A stretch of DNA of 64,000 nucleotides from Bacteroidaceae bacterium (GCA_045597985.1 JAZLLE010000063.1:13973-77972); one strand, 5' to 3'; counted from the first letter of the stretch, positions 8,471 to 18,772 are shown. Made by a program: numbers and translations. The notes: generated by a model not told the origin, from the sequence alone.

Positions 8471-10914
8471 TAATCCAGTCCTTTGGCATATTTACAGTCA
8501 GTCCAATGAAGATTCAGCTTTATAGGTCCGAAGAATGTACGATACCCCAGCTCAATGCCGCATCCCCAGAAAGTGGGTTTTATACTGCTGAAAAGATCCG
8601 AGAACTCAGGCGTTTCCCTGACAACGGCACCTATGCCGGAAAGATATAGTTTCTTCCCAATCTGGAAACGCGCGTCCAGGCTGGCTGTATATACGTGATT
8701 GAACATCTCGCCCACATTACCGAATCCCACGAAAGGAATATGCTGAGGCAGGTAACGGCCACGGAAGGCGCCGCCCAGGAAATTATTGTGTATGGGTGTG
8801 AAATCCTGTGTATAGACATCCACATTGGAAAAGAAGCTTCGGTAATACAGGCTCGGAGTAAGCGTGAGCCAGCCGGTAGCCGGAACAGCAAGCCTCGCAT
8901 CGATGTTCAGAATAGGCACCGGAGTAAAGTTCAAGGCAGCGAAATTCGCGAAATCATACTCGAAGCCCACTCCACCGACAAAGCCCCGGGTTGGGAACTG
9001 ACGGTCGTTCATAGTATTGACATCTAAATTCACGAAACCAGTAATAAAATGCCCTTTTCTCACATTATCCGGAAGCTTTGAGGGCCCACTTTCCGGAGCG
9101 CCCACGGAATAAAGGGGCATATATATCGGGATTGAGGAATACTCGTGCCTTATGCCTGCACGTATATTATAAGACCGCCCGTGAATTGTTGACAGATACA
9201 GTTCCTGTCTGGTATCGAAAAACGCGATATTATATTCTGTATTCTCACTTTCTGTAAGGATATCGCTTCTGATATACCCTGTGTTAGTTCTGAAATTAAT
9301 CTGAGCGAATCCATCGGGGATATAGGATACCGTAAGGTCCAGGCTCTGCTGAACAGACACCTTGGCGGTAGCGTCAAAGCGCCACCCTTTCAGTTTATGC
9401 GCATTCAGACGCAAGTTGAACAGCAGCTCAGCCATCTCCTCATTGTCAAGTCGGAATCCCATAGCGAAGTTGTGTATCTGGCCTGGAACGCAGTCAAAGA
9501 CAAGAGTGTAGGAATCATCGTAATCATCTTGCAGCAAAGAGTAATTCACTTTCTCAAAAGAACCCGATGCCATTACCCTGCACATGGCATCCTCGATCTC
9601 CTTTTGCGATATCTCGCGATAACCGCTCAGATTCAGAATCTTACGGAACATTTTCTGCTCGCTCTTATCTATTCCGTTAACCATAATTCCGGAAATACGG
9701 ACATTCTGTCTATACAAGTTTATAGCCTTCTTGCGTTGAACGGTATCATTGCGGGTGTAATCGCCCAACTGTTCCTTAATTTTCTGAAAATCAGCGGCCC
9801 TGTCCTGCGCCGCCTTGTAACCGTAATCTATCATCTCAGAAATAGCCTCAGAATTGAAACTCAGCATATTCCGGCCACCTGTCTCAGGCTTTATCAGCAG
9901 ATCGGGCTCAAAAGACTTGTTGCTGCGGGCATCATCGCCCAGCATCGTTATCATACAGTTCACCACATCCACCACACCGTTCACCTGGGAATATGTGGTA
10001 CCTCTCTTGGCCACCTCCACACCTATTATGATATCCGCGCCCATAGCCTTGGCTATATCAACCGGGAAATTGTTTCGTGTGCCGCCATCTACCAGCACCT
10101 TGTTATTGGTTCTGACAGGTGCGAAAACTCCCGGTATGGATATGGTAGAGCGTATGGCTTTTGGCAGAGAGCCCTTTGTATGATAATTCGCCTTGGCCGA
10201 GACCAGATCAGACGAGACGCATACAAAAGGAACAGGCAGGCTTTCAAACGGAATATCCTCGTGAAAGCCTACAGAAAGGCTGGAGAACATATTCTCAACA
10301 TTGAAGCCTTCTATGTAACCGGAAGGAATGGAAGAGAGAAATTTCCTGCGTGCCTCAGTACCTTGCAAGTCGTCATCATCAACATCGGCATCAAACACCC
10401 GGTCTCTGATAGTACGTGCAGCATCCTCGTAATAGAAAGGAACAGACAACAGGTATTTCCCCTTATCCACCTTATGCTCGTAAGACAGGAACCTCATATC
10501 AATATTGTCGCTCATCATCCGGCTCCAGTCAACCGACTTGAAAATATCCTCCAGCTCGTGACTGTCGTAACCGAGTGAATACATTCCGGACATCAGGCCG
10601 CCCATACTGGTTCCACACAACAAGTCAACAGGAATACCCGCCTCCTCAAGATAGCGGAAAAAGCCAATGTAGGCCGCGCCTTTGGCACCGCCTCCGCTCA
10701 AGACAAGCGCCACTGTAGGACGATGCTCATTCTGCCTTATGCTGTCGAGTCTGGACCGCATGGCGCTAATAGCAATGGAGTCAGATACGGGATCAACGCT
10801 GTTGGCAGCCAGATTGTTCGGGAACCTTTGTGCCAGAGCAGTCAAGGCCTGGGCGAAAAGCACGGCAACAGCGAATATTCTCTTTATTATCACTGATTTG
10901 TCATTCATATTCAA
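8443..10914 (-). CDS. Patatin-like phospholipase fused to POTRA/Omp85-type beta-barrel (PlpD-like, type Vd autotransporter architecture)
   Basis: Signal peptide, patatin motifs GGGAKG and GTSMGG (GxSxG), a DGG motif (VLVDGGTRNN), a long beta-rich C-terminal half and a terminal aromatic residue (GFDF). Confidence 0.85.
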   Translation of the reverse strand: MNMNDKSVIIKRIFAVAVLFAQALTALAQRFPNNLAANSVDPVSDSIAISAMRSRLDSIRQNEHRPTVALVLSGGGAKGAAYIGFFRYLEEAGIPVDLLCGTSMGGLMSGMYSLGYDSHELEDIFKSVDWSRMMSDNIDMRFLSYEHKVDKGKYLLSVPFYYEDAARTIRDRVFDADVDDDDLQGTEARRKFLSSIPSGYIEGFNVENMFSSLSVGFHEDIPFESLPVPFVCVSSDLVSAKANYHTKGSLPKAIRSTISIPGVFAPVRTNNKVLVDGGTRNNFPVDIAKAMGADIIIGVEVAKRGTTYSQVNGVVDVVNCMITMLGDDARSNKSFEPDLLIKPETGGRNMLSFNSEAISEMIDYGYKAAQDRAADFQKIKEQLGDYTRNDTVQRKKAINLYRQNVRISGIMVNGIDKSEQKMFRKILNLSGYREISQKEIEDAMCRVMASGSFEKVNYSLLQDDYDDSYTLVFDCVPGQIHNFAMGFRLDNEEMAELLFNLRLNAHKLKGWRFDATAKVSVQQSLDLTVSYIPDGFAQINFRTNTGYIRSDILTESENTEYNIAFFDTRQELYLSTIHGRSYNIRAGIRHEYSSIPIYMPLYSVGAPESGPSKLPDNVRKGHFITGFVNLDVNTMNDRQFPTRGFVGGVGFEYDFANFAALNFTPVPILNIDARLAVPATGWLTLTPSLYYRSFFSNVDVYTQDFTPIHNNFLGGAFRGRYLPQHIPFVGFGNVGEMFNHVYTASLDARFQIGKKLYLSGIGAVVRETPEFSDLFSSIKPTFWGCGIELGYRTFFGPIKLNLHWTDCKYAKGLDYYLSAGFDF

Positions 10915-11036
10915 TGTAGTTGGAAATCCAATGCAAAAATACTTAATAATTTCAGACAGCCACTACCTCAGGAGAATGTAACGTAAATGTCACATAATTG
11001 TCACACCGTTTTTGTTGCCATGCCACAGTAATTTTG

Positions 11037-11044
11037 TACCTTTG
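11037..11044 (+). promoter_or_regulatory. -7 promoter box TACCTTTG
   Basis: Fits TAnnTTTG, 45 nt upstream of the ATG at 11089. An overlapping TAATTTTG lies at 11029-11036. Confidence 0.4.
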
Positions 11045-11088
11045 TTCTCAAACTGCTAATCAAGCAAAGAATTATACTACTATAAGTT

Positions 11089-14000
11089 ATGAAATTTGTA
11101 AGAACATTCATTCTAAGCATTCTTGTATGTCTGTCAGTATCGCAGGCAGCAGAATCACAGACCATTGAGACTGACCCGCTGGTAAACGCCATGCGCGAGG
11201 AGCTCAAGTTCAGTATGGACCAGCTCAAGGAAAAGCCCGTACCGGCATACTTTATGTCGCTCAGGCTGAACGACAGCTACACAGCAACCGTAAGCAGCAA
11301 TTTCGGTGTATCCATAACAAATGAGGAGCGCGTACGCAACCTTACTCCACAGGTGCGCGTAGGCTCACCCGAGACCGACAACTTCAAGTACGAGAACCAG
11401 GCCCAGGATGCCAGCCGTGGCTATCGCAGCAGCAATATGGAGACAGTTACGGTTCCTTTCACCGACAACGCCATTATGGCTGTAAGACAGGGCATCTGGA
11501 GCGAGACAATGAAGCGTTACGGCATAGCAGTGAACAACTACAATGCCGCCCTGTCAAAGATGAAGACCAATGCCGACAATGAGGACAAGGCCCCCTGCTT
11601 TGCCGATGCTCCCGTTGAGAAATATTACGAGGCACCCTATCCAGAGGAGACATACAACTTTGACCGTACATACTGGGAGAAGCGTATGGACCATATCTCA
11701 GCCGTATTCAAGGAGTGCAGGCTGCTTGAGCAGGGAGTGGCCAACCTCAGCTATCAGGTAGAGCGTATTTACACCCTGACCTCCGACGGCTCAGTAGTGG
11801 CACAGAACCGCAAGTCGGTGCGTCTGATGCTAGCCGGAGCCATTCGTGCCACCGACGGTATGACCTGTCAGCTCTACAAGGACTGGTTCTCCTACTCTCT
11901 GGACAACCTGCCAGATGACGAGACCATCATAGCCGATGTACGCGATCTCATTGAGCGTCTGCTCGCACTGCGCGAGGCTCCTATCGCCGATCCGTACGCA
12001 GGCCCGGCACTGATGTCAGGCTCAGCCAGCGGAGTATTCTTCCACGAGATATTCGGCCATCGTCTGGAGGCACACCGTATGAAGAGCGGCGGCCAGACTT
12101 TCAAGAATCTGGTGGGCCAGCCCGTGCTTCCAGAGAGTTTCCAGGTATATGACGACCCTACACTCGACAACTACGCCGGCACATCACTCTACGGCCACTA
12201 CCTTTATGATGACGAGGCTGTCAAGGCACAGCGTGTCACCTGCGTGGAGAATGGAGTGCTGAAGAACTTCCTTGTTGACCGCACGCCCATCGACGGTTTC
12301 CCTGCCAGCAACGGTCACGGACGCGCCAGCGCAGGCTACGATCCTGTATCACGTCAGTCCAACCTGATTATCGAGAACACCAGCCCATACACCGAGGAGC
12401 AGCTTCGTGAGATGTTCATCAAGGCCATCAAGGACGAGGGCAAGGAGTACGGATACTATTTCCGCACAGCCACCAGCGGTCTGACCTATCTTGGCGACGG
12501 TGGCTCAATCAACTCGTTCGGTGTTGACCCGGTTGAGGTGTATCGCGTATATGCCGACGGCCGTCCCGACCAGCTTGTCCGTGGCGTAACCCTCATCGGC
12601 ACACCGCTCGCAATGTTCTCTGGCATAGCGGCAGGAGGAGCCACCCCGACGGTCTTCACCGGCCAGTGCGGAGCCGAGTCCGGCTGGGTGCCTGTAACAG
12701 CCATCTCACCGACAATTTTCATATCAAAAGTTGAGACACAGCGTTCCGAGACCGGCTACCAGCTTCCGCCGGTGCTGGAGCGTCCGGAATATAAGGATGT
12801 AAAGGGCGATGAGGGCGACATCATCTTCAGCGCCATGAATGACGAGATGGAGCGCACTATGACCCAGCTCAAGTCCGATGGTCAGGACACTCCATTCTAT
12901 ACAGACTACAGGATCAACTCATCAAGAGGCTTCTCGTCCAGCTCATCTCTGGGAGGACTCTTACGCAGCAACTATACCCCCGGCAATCTTACAGGCTCCA
13001 TCAGCATACAGATTGGTGACACAATGGTTACAAACAGCCCGGTAAGCGCACGCGTCAATACAGGCAACCAGCCTGAGTACGACTGCATCAGATACTCACT
13101 CTGGCAACTCAGCGACGCCATCTACAAATATGCCATAGGCAACTACAGCAGCAAGGTAGCCACCCTGAAGAACAACCCGAAGCCTGAGGCTGAGGCAGCG
13201 CTCCCCGAGCATATCGTAATGCCTGGAGGTGAGTTCATATCGCCAAGCGTCAAGAACCAGGCCATCGACCGCAAGAAGATGGAGGGGCTCACCAACACGC
13301 TCTCCGCAATTTATCTGGATTACCCCACCCTATACAACACCGAGGTATCCATGAACATCGAGTACACCGATGTATATCGTCTCAACTCCGAGGGACTGAA
13401 GATGCGCACCCCGTTCATACAGATGTCACTTGACACCAGGGCATCCGTCAGAACCGTCACCGGTGCCGAGATCGTAGAGACCTACACACTGCCTTTCGAC
13501 TGCACCGACTATGACGAGGAGACACTTGCGGCAGGCATACGCGAGTTTGCCGACGCTATGGTCACAAAGAGCCAGGCCGAGACCGTGAACGAGTTCTACA
13601 TCGGTCCTATCCTGCTGGAGAAAGAGGCTGTATCGTACTCATTCAACACCATCGTGACCAAATACGGCGTAGCCACCAACACCTGGGATATGTACTCCAG
13701 AATGTACGGCAGCTCACAGGAGAGCAACATCAACGGCGGCCTGCTATTAGGCAAGCGCTTCCTTGATCCGAAGCTCGGCATACATCTTTACTCAGATATG
13801 GAGAGCTACAACGGTATCAGACTGGGAGGCAGCTACAAGGTGGATTACGAGGGCACCACACCTGAGTCAGACTTCGTACTGGTGGAGAAGGGCATTCTGA
13901 AGCAACTTATCAGCGGCCGTCACCCGGGTGTAGGCGCTACCCGTCCTACCGGCCACTCCATTGTGTCGTCATACTCAGAGCCAGATGTCAGAATGAGCAT

Positions 14001-14379
14001 AATGCACGTCACATACGATAAGCCAAGTCCACTCTCCAAGATGAAGTCAAAACTCATCTCAGAGGCAAGGAAGGCCGGACTTGACCACACCTATATGCTC
14101 CGCAACATCTCTTACAACTGCTTCATCCTGACCCGCATAGATGTAAAGACAGGCAAGGAGACGGTCATCCACTCCAACACCCCGAGCTTTGAGAGGCGCG
14201 AGCTGATGCACGTAATAGCAGCATCAAGGGAGGAGGCCATACAGAGCTACCTGTACAACTCCAACAATATGCCTACAATGATTGCGCCGGAGTCAATGCT
14301 TCTGGAGAGCGTGGAGATGAACCTGCAGAAGCCAGACATCGCCCAGGAGTTCCAGCTGGTCAACCCGGCCCTGCGCTGA
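11089..14379 (+). CDS. Secreted single-chain TldD/PmbA-family metallopeptidase (TldD-like half plus PmbA/TldE-like half)
   Basis: A 1096 aa ORF with a signal peptide. The HExxxH motif (FHEIFGHRLEAH) occurs in the first half only. Both halves end in PmbA_TldD-type C-terminal beta regions (GxxxGxC..GW and GHS motifs). Confidence 0.8.
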   Translation: MKFVRTFILSILVCLSVSQAAESQTIETDPLVNAMREELKFSMDQLKEKPVPAYFMSLRLNDSYTATVSSNFGVSITNEERVRNLTPQVRVGSPETDNFKYENQAQDASRGYRSSNMETVTVPFTDNAIMAVRQGIWSETMKRYGIAVNNYNAALSKMKTNADNEDKAPCFADAPVEKYYEAPYPEETYNFDRTYWEKRMDHISAVFKECRLLEQGVANLSYQVERIYTLTSDGSVVAQNRKSVRLMLAGAIRATDGMTCQLYKDWFSYSLDNLPDDETIIADVRDLIERLLALREAPIADPYAGPALMSGSASGVFFHEIFGHRLEAHRMKSGGQTFKNLVGQPVLPESFQVYDDPTLDNYAGTSLYGHYLYDDEAVKAQRVTCVENGVLKNFLVDRTPIDGFPASNGHGRASAGYDPVSRQSNLIIENTSPYTEEQLREMFIKAIKDEGKEYGYYFRTATSGLTYLGDGGSINSFGVDPVEVYRVYADGRPDQLVRGVTLIGTPLAMFSGIAAGGATPTVFTGQCGAESGWVPVTAISPTIFISKVETQRSETGYQLPPVLERPEYKDVKGDEGDIIFSAMNDEMERTMTQLKSDGQDTPFYTDYRINSSRGFSSSSSLGGLLRSNYTPGNLTGSISIQIGDTMVTNSPVSARVNTGNQPEYDCIRYSLWQLSDAIYKYAIGNYSSKVATLKNNPKPEAEAALPEHIVMPGGEFISPSVKNQAIDRKKMEGLTNTLSAIYLDYPTLYNTEVSMNIEYTDVYRLNSEGLKMRTPFIQMSLDTRASVRTVTGAEIVETYTLPFDCTDYDEETLAAGIREFADAMVTKSQAETVNEFYIGPILLEKEAVSYSFNTIVTKYGVATNTWDMYSRMYGSSQESNINGGLLLGKRFLDPKLGIHLYSDMESYNGIRLGGSYKVDYEGTTPESDFVLVEKGILKQLISGRHPGVGATRPTGHSIVSSYSEPDVRMSIMHVTYDKPSPLSKMKSKLISEARKAGLDHTYMLRNISYNCFILTRIDVKTGKETVIHSNTPSFERRELMHVIAASREEAIQSYLYNSNNMPTMIAPESMLLESVEMNLQKPDIAQEFQLVNPALR

Positions 14380-14407
14380 CATTATTAGAAATAAGTCTAT
14401 TAAAAAG

Positions 14408-14435
14408 TACCCGGAGCAGATTGCTGTTCCGGGTA
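14408..14435 (+). terminator. Hairpin terminator candidate after the TldD-like gene
   Basis: A 12-bp stem TACCCGGAGCAG / CTGTTCCGGGTA with one mismatch and loop ATTG, followed by TTT. Confidence 0.5.
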
Positions 14436-14442
14436 TTTAGTA

Positions 14443-14450
14443 TATATTTG
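14443..14450 (+). promoter_or_regulatory. -7 promoter box TATATTTG
   Basis: Fits TAnnTTTG, 58 nt upstream of the ATG at 14508. Confidence 0.4.
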
Positions 14451-14507
14451 CACCGTCTGTGCCGCCGTGAGCAGACGCTGATGCCAAACGTTTAATTACA
14501 TACTACT

Positions 14508-15959
14508 ATGAGAGACTTTCTAAAAAAGGATTCTTTTCCCCATCCGATGCTTCCACGTAATGCGATGAGTGTTTTCATCGTACTTTTCTGTATGCTTTCC
14601 TGTGGCAGGAACGCAGCGCTGAGGTATGCCCTAAAATCCGCAGGAGACAACCGCGCGGAGTTGGAGAAGGTTCTCAGGCACTACAAAGATGAGCCTGAGA
14701 AACTTGCCGCGGCCCGCTACCTCATTGAAGGACTGCCGGCGCACTATTCTTACCAAGGCACGGAGATTGAGCAGTACTACGACATTGCCGCCAGGATTCT
14801 TGCATCCGGTCTGCCACCTGAGCAGCAACGTGACTCACTGCTTGTCATAAGTGACCGGTGTTTCAGAGACGCGCCTTTGCGAACTATCTCAGACGCCAGG
14901 ATCATCACATCCGGTTTTCTGATTCACGACATCGACGTCTCATACCGGCAATGGAAAAACCGCAGTTGGGCAAAGCAAGCCACATTCCAGGAATTCTGTG
15001 AGTGTATGCTTCCCTACAAGATGGCTGAGTTACAAAGCCTCGATGACTGGCGGGACACTCTTTTGAACCTTTTCACCGATGATTTGCGCAATATGCCTTA
15101 CGATGACGTTGAGTATGGAACCGCAATGAGGACAGGCGACATCATTAAGAACGAGGCGCAACGTAAGATGAGCCGGTACGGACTATACAGCCGTAGCGGA
15201 CTGCCATTGCTAAGCGCATACCTGCTACCAAGACAAACGTTTGGCGACATACCTGACTATGCCCTGATTGGAGCACTGGCCTTGCGTGCGGCAGGCGTAC
15301 CGGTGGTAATAGACGAGACACCCGTAGGAGCGCGCTATGAGGCTGCTACACGCTGGTTTGTAGTCCTGAGCGACAGAGGGACCTGGGAGCCTTCGGAATG
15401 GGACCTCTCTACGGGTATTGGATGGGGATTCTTTCCATACGAGCGTGGGCCCAAGGTCTGGCGTCGCACATACTCAATCAACAAGGAGCGTCTGAGGTAT
15501 CTGAGGAAAGCCCGCGTGATTTATCCTTTTGATCTCTGCAAGACCGATGTAACCGGCAAATACTTTCTCACCACAGACCTGACATTACCCATATCCAGAG
15601 AGACAAGGAAACGGCTCAGGGATAAATATGTCTATATCGCATCTGCTGTAAGAGACACCACCCACGCACAACGGTCACGCTCGTTCACTGGCGAATACTC
15701 CAAACAGCTTCCGCAGACGTTTTCATCGGTTGATCCAGGCTGGTGTATCGTAGATTTCGGACAGATTCACCGGAGAAATGCCATATTCAGGAATATGGGG
15801 CGTGAGGTTCTTTATCAAGCGTACGGCTATGACGGAGAACGCCTCATTTCCATTACAAAGCCCTTCATTCTTCACAAGGACAACCATATTGAATATATAT
15901 CAGACGACACGATAAACTCACCGTCATTGGACAAATGGCGCAACAACCCATTACTATGA
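14508..15959 (+). CDS. Transglutaminase-like lipoprotein paralogue, catalytic Cys/His not conserved
   Basis: A 483 aa ORF with a lipoprotein-type signal (MSVFIVLFCMLSCG; the true start may be the ATG at 14565). It aligns along its length with the next gene. At the transglutaminase core it reads GDIPDY and ATRWF where the paralogue has GSCHDY and GHSWF. Confidence 0.7.
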   Translation: MRDFLKKDSFPHPMLPRNAMSVFIVLFCMLSCGRNAALRYALKSAGDNRAELEKVLRHYKDEPEKLAAARYLIEGLPAHYSYQGTEIEQYYDIAARILASGLPPEQQRDSLLVISDRCFRDAPLRTISDARIITSGFLIHDIDVSYRQWKNRSWAKQATFQEFCECMLPYKMAELQSLDDWRDTLLNLFTDDLRNMPYDDVEYGTAMRTGDIIKNEAQRKMSRYGLYSRSGLPLLSAYLLPRQTFGDIPDYALIGALALRAAGVPVVIDETPVGARYEAATRWFVVLSDRGTWEPSEWDLSTGIGWGFFPYERGPKVWRRTYSINKERLRYLRKARVIYPFDLCKTDVTGKYFLTTDLTLPISRETRKRLRDKYVYIASAVRDTTHAQRSRSFTGEYSKQLPQTFSSVDPGWCIVDFGQIHRRNAIFRNMGREVLYQAYGYDGERLISITKPFILHKDNHIEYISDDTINSPSLDKWRNNPLL

Positions 15960-17974
15960 AACCCCGGACATTTCCCCACAGCCAAAGGCCAACAGCAAAC
16001 AGTCAAAGGCCAGCATCAAAGCTGACAGCAGGACTGACAGCTTTGATGCTCCTCACCTCATGTCACAGCGAGCCTCTTTCCCTTCGTCAGGCACTGAGAT
16101 ATGCCCAAGACAACAGGCCACAGCTGGAGAGTGTGCTTCAGCATTACCGCAACGACCCTGAAAAACTTGCCGCAGCCCGGCATCTTATATCCAATATGCC
16201 CGCCCATTACTCCTATCGTGACACATCAGCCATCAATGCCTATTACGCCACGGCTCTTGAGGTGATGAGCCAGGACATTACCCCCGAGCATCAACGCGAC
16301 ACCTTACGTGATATCAGCGAGCGATGCTATCCGGGAATGACACACGATGTAGTCTCAGACATACAGGTAATGACCGCCGGTTATCTAATCTACAGCATTG
16401 ACCAGGCCTTTGAGCAGTGGCGCACACGGCCGTGGGCATCACACCTCACTTTCCCGGAGTTCATTGACTGGATACTGCCTTACAAGGCCGCTGAGCTGCA
16501 GAGTCTGGACTGCTGGCGCGACACGCTCTCAAAAGAGTTCTCAGACAGCATCGGCGCCATTCCACCGGACGATTCCAGGCGTTTGAGCATCTACGGAGCA
16601 ATTGACATAGTCCGCGATGAGATTACCCGCGACCGCCCTCCCCGTGTGCTTTGGGAGGAACAGAGCGGATACCGCCTGCTAAGCGCGTCAACGCTCAAGA
16701 ATATGACCTTCGGCTCGTGCCACGATTACGTGACAATGGGTGTGCTCACTTTTCGCTCACTCGGACTGCCCGCCGTGATTGACCGTGTTCCTGTGTGGGG
16801 ACGTAACAATCAGGGGCACAGCTGGTTCACCTTCATATCCGACCGGGGCATTGAGACACCCACAATGAACTCACTTATTGTGCCTGCCGGAATAGGCTTC
16901 TATCCATACGAGCGATGCCCCAAGGTGTTCCGCACCACCTATGCAATCAACCCTGACAGACTACGATATATAAAAAGATCCAACTACCGGCATCCCTTCC
17001 CACTCTGCGAGCAGGATGTCACCGACCATTATTGCCGCACCTCAGATCCAGTCATAGCATTGCGCAAAGGGACACGCATCAAGGAACGGTACGCATACAT
17101 TGCCATGCTAACCAATCAGGACGGGCCGCACTACACCATCCTTGATTTCGGGCGTGTGCGTCATCACAAGGCTCATTTCACTCAAATAGGCAGAAACATT
17201 CTGTACATCGCGCTGGGCTATGACGGAAAGAGACTCATTCCTGTGTCAGACCCGTTCATCATAGAGAAAAGCGGCTGCGTCAGATATATTACGGGCGATG
17301 CCACAGTCATCCGGCACATCAACATCCGGCGCAAATACTATCAGTCAGCCAACGTAGTGGAGATGCGCAGACGTCTTCTTGGCTCGAGGATACAATATGC
17401 TGACCGCAGTGATTTCAGCGACGCCATCACCGCATACACCTTCAGCACCACAGAAATACCAGACAAGATACTACTGCCGCACACCACGGGCGCACACCGC
17501 TACTGGCGCTATTTAGGAGCAGACGGCACCTACGGAAGCATTGCTGAGCTTACCTTCTTTGACGCAGACTCTACACGTATGGACGGCATTCCTTTGGCTG
17601 ACCCTCGCGTTCCAGCCGATACAGTCAGGCGTGCCTTCGATAGCGGCTGGCTCACCAACTTCGAGAGTGCCGAAGGACAGGCAGACGCTGTCTGGGTGGG
17701 TATGGACTTAGGGAGAGCGCAGCACGTGAGTTACGTGCGCGTAGTGCCACGGAGCGATGATAACGACATCTGCCCCGGCAACAGATATGAGCTGCTATAC
17801 TGGGACAGCCGCAGCCTTGATTGGGTATCAGCCGGCCGCCAGACCGCCACCGACAATGTCCTGCAATACGACAGCATCCCCGCCGGTACCCTCCTCTGGC
17901 TCCGTAACCTGACCAGGGGCAGCGATGAGCGCCCATTCCTCATAGACAACAGTGGAAACGTCGAATGGTGGTAA
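15956..17974 (+). CDS. Transglutaminase-like lipoprotein with C-terminal discoidin (F5/8 type C)-like domain
   Basis: The start is set at the ATG that overlaps the upstream stop (ATGA). Lipobox LLTSC. Transglutaminase core FGSCHDY...GLPAVID...GHSWF...SDRG. The C-terminal ~150 aa is discoidin-like (WVGMDLGRAQHVSYVRVVPRSDDN..YELLYW). Confidence 0.75.
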   Translation: MKPRTFPHSQRPTANSQRPASKLTAGLTALMLLTSCHSEPLSLRQALRYAQDNRPQLESVLQHYRNDPEKLAAARHLISNMPAHYSYRDTSAINAYYATALEVMSQDITPEHQRDTLRDISERCYPGMTHDVVSDIQVMTAGYLIYSIDQAFEQWRTRPWASHLTFPEFIDWILPYKAAELQSLDCWRDTLSKEFSDSIGAIPPDDSRRLSIYGAIDIVRDEITRDRPPRVLWEEQSGYRLLSASTLKNMTFGSCHDYVTMGVLTFRSLGLPAVIDRVPVWGRNNQGHSWFTFISDRGIETPTMNSLIVPAGIGFYPYERCPKVFRTTYAINPDRLRYIKRSNYRHPFPLCEQDVTDHYCRTSDPVIALRKGTRIKERYAYIAMLTNQDGPHYTILDFGRVRHHKAHFTQIGRNILYIALGYDGKRLIPVSDPFIIEKSGCVRYITGDATVIRHINIRRKYYQSANVVEMRRRLLGSRIQYADRSDFSDAITAYTFSTTEIPDKILLPHTTGAHRYWRYLGADGTYGSIAELTFFDADSTRMDGIPLADPRVPADTVRRAFDSGWLTNFESAEGQADAVWVGMDLGRAQHVSYVRVVPRSDDNDICPGNRYELLYWDSRSLDWVSAGRQTATDNVLQYDSIPAGTLLWLRNLTRGSDERPFLIDNSGNVEWW

Positions 17975-18472
17975 ACCGGCAATAAAGGTTAACGCAATAA
18001 ACCTTTTAATGACAATTCTTGCAAATAGAGATGGTAAGCAGAATGATTATGACACATACAAGCGTCCTGTGCGATTCTTCAACTGGAATGGGGAGTGTCT
18101 GCTCGCCTTCTACATTGACCAGCAGACATACTCCATAACATACGACAGCGTTCATATAAAAATTTTCGGACTCAACGAGCGTACCGAGGAACTATTTGAG
18201 TATGATGTCAGTGACTACATTCAATAGACAAAATGATGATACTTTCAGCGCTTGACAGTTATAGGTCGCTAATAGTGGGTATATACTCGGAAATCCGGAC
18301 GATTGGTATCTTATTCCCGGCAACGATGTTCTACAATTCAGCAAGTAAAGCAAGCAGACCTTACGACATTTTTAAAGATGATTCAACACAGCCCACAGTT
18401 CCGAGTGTGCGAACATACTACCGCAACTCGCGGCGCTGGAAGGTCTGGGTAAGGCCGTAGAGCATTGCGGAT

Positions 18473-18772
18473 GTGGCAATCAGGGCCATTACTACGGCAC
18501 TTGAGGCATCGGCCATCCGAAGAAGGTCAAACAGATGTTGCAGGAAACCTACCGGTTGGGCGGGAGTTGTTATAGAATACGAGACAGGCTCCTGGCCAGC
18601 CGATAATATGACAAGCCACACTTTTCGGCAAGACTATTATTTCGCATTCGGTGACAACAGTATGGACTCGCAGGATTCCCGCTACTGGGGGTTCATACCC
18701 GAGGATTTCATCATCGGCATTGTGGGCGGCCGGAAATATCGTAACAACCCTAATCAGACAATTACGCAATGA
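18473..18772 (+). pseudogene. C-terminal remnant of an S26 signal peptidase I-like gene
   Basis: It ends with FGDNSMDSQDSRYWGFIPEDFIIG, the conserved GDNxxxSxDSRYWG box of LepB. No Ser/Lys catalytic boxes are visible upstream. The same frame (18233-18460) is broken by an in-frame stop at 18458-18460. Confidence 0.45.

Noticed and set aside
9397-10578. A 393 aa plus-strand ORF, with a 109 aa ORF at 9854-10183.
   Set aside because: It is antisense to the patatin-Omp85 gene, whose minus-strand translation carries clear GxGxxG, GxSxG and beta-barrel motifs. The plus-strand product is low-complexity (H, I, L and R rich) with no motif, so it is a shadow ORF.
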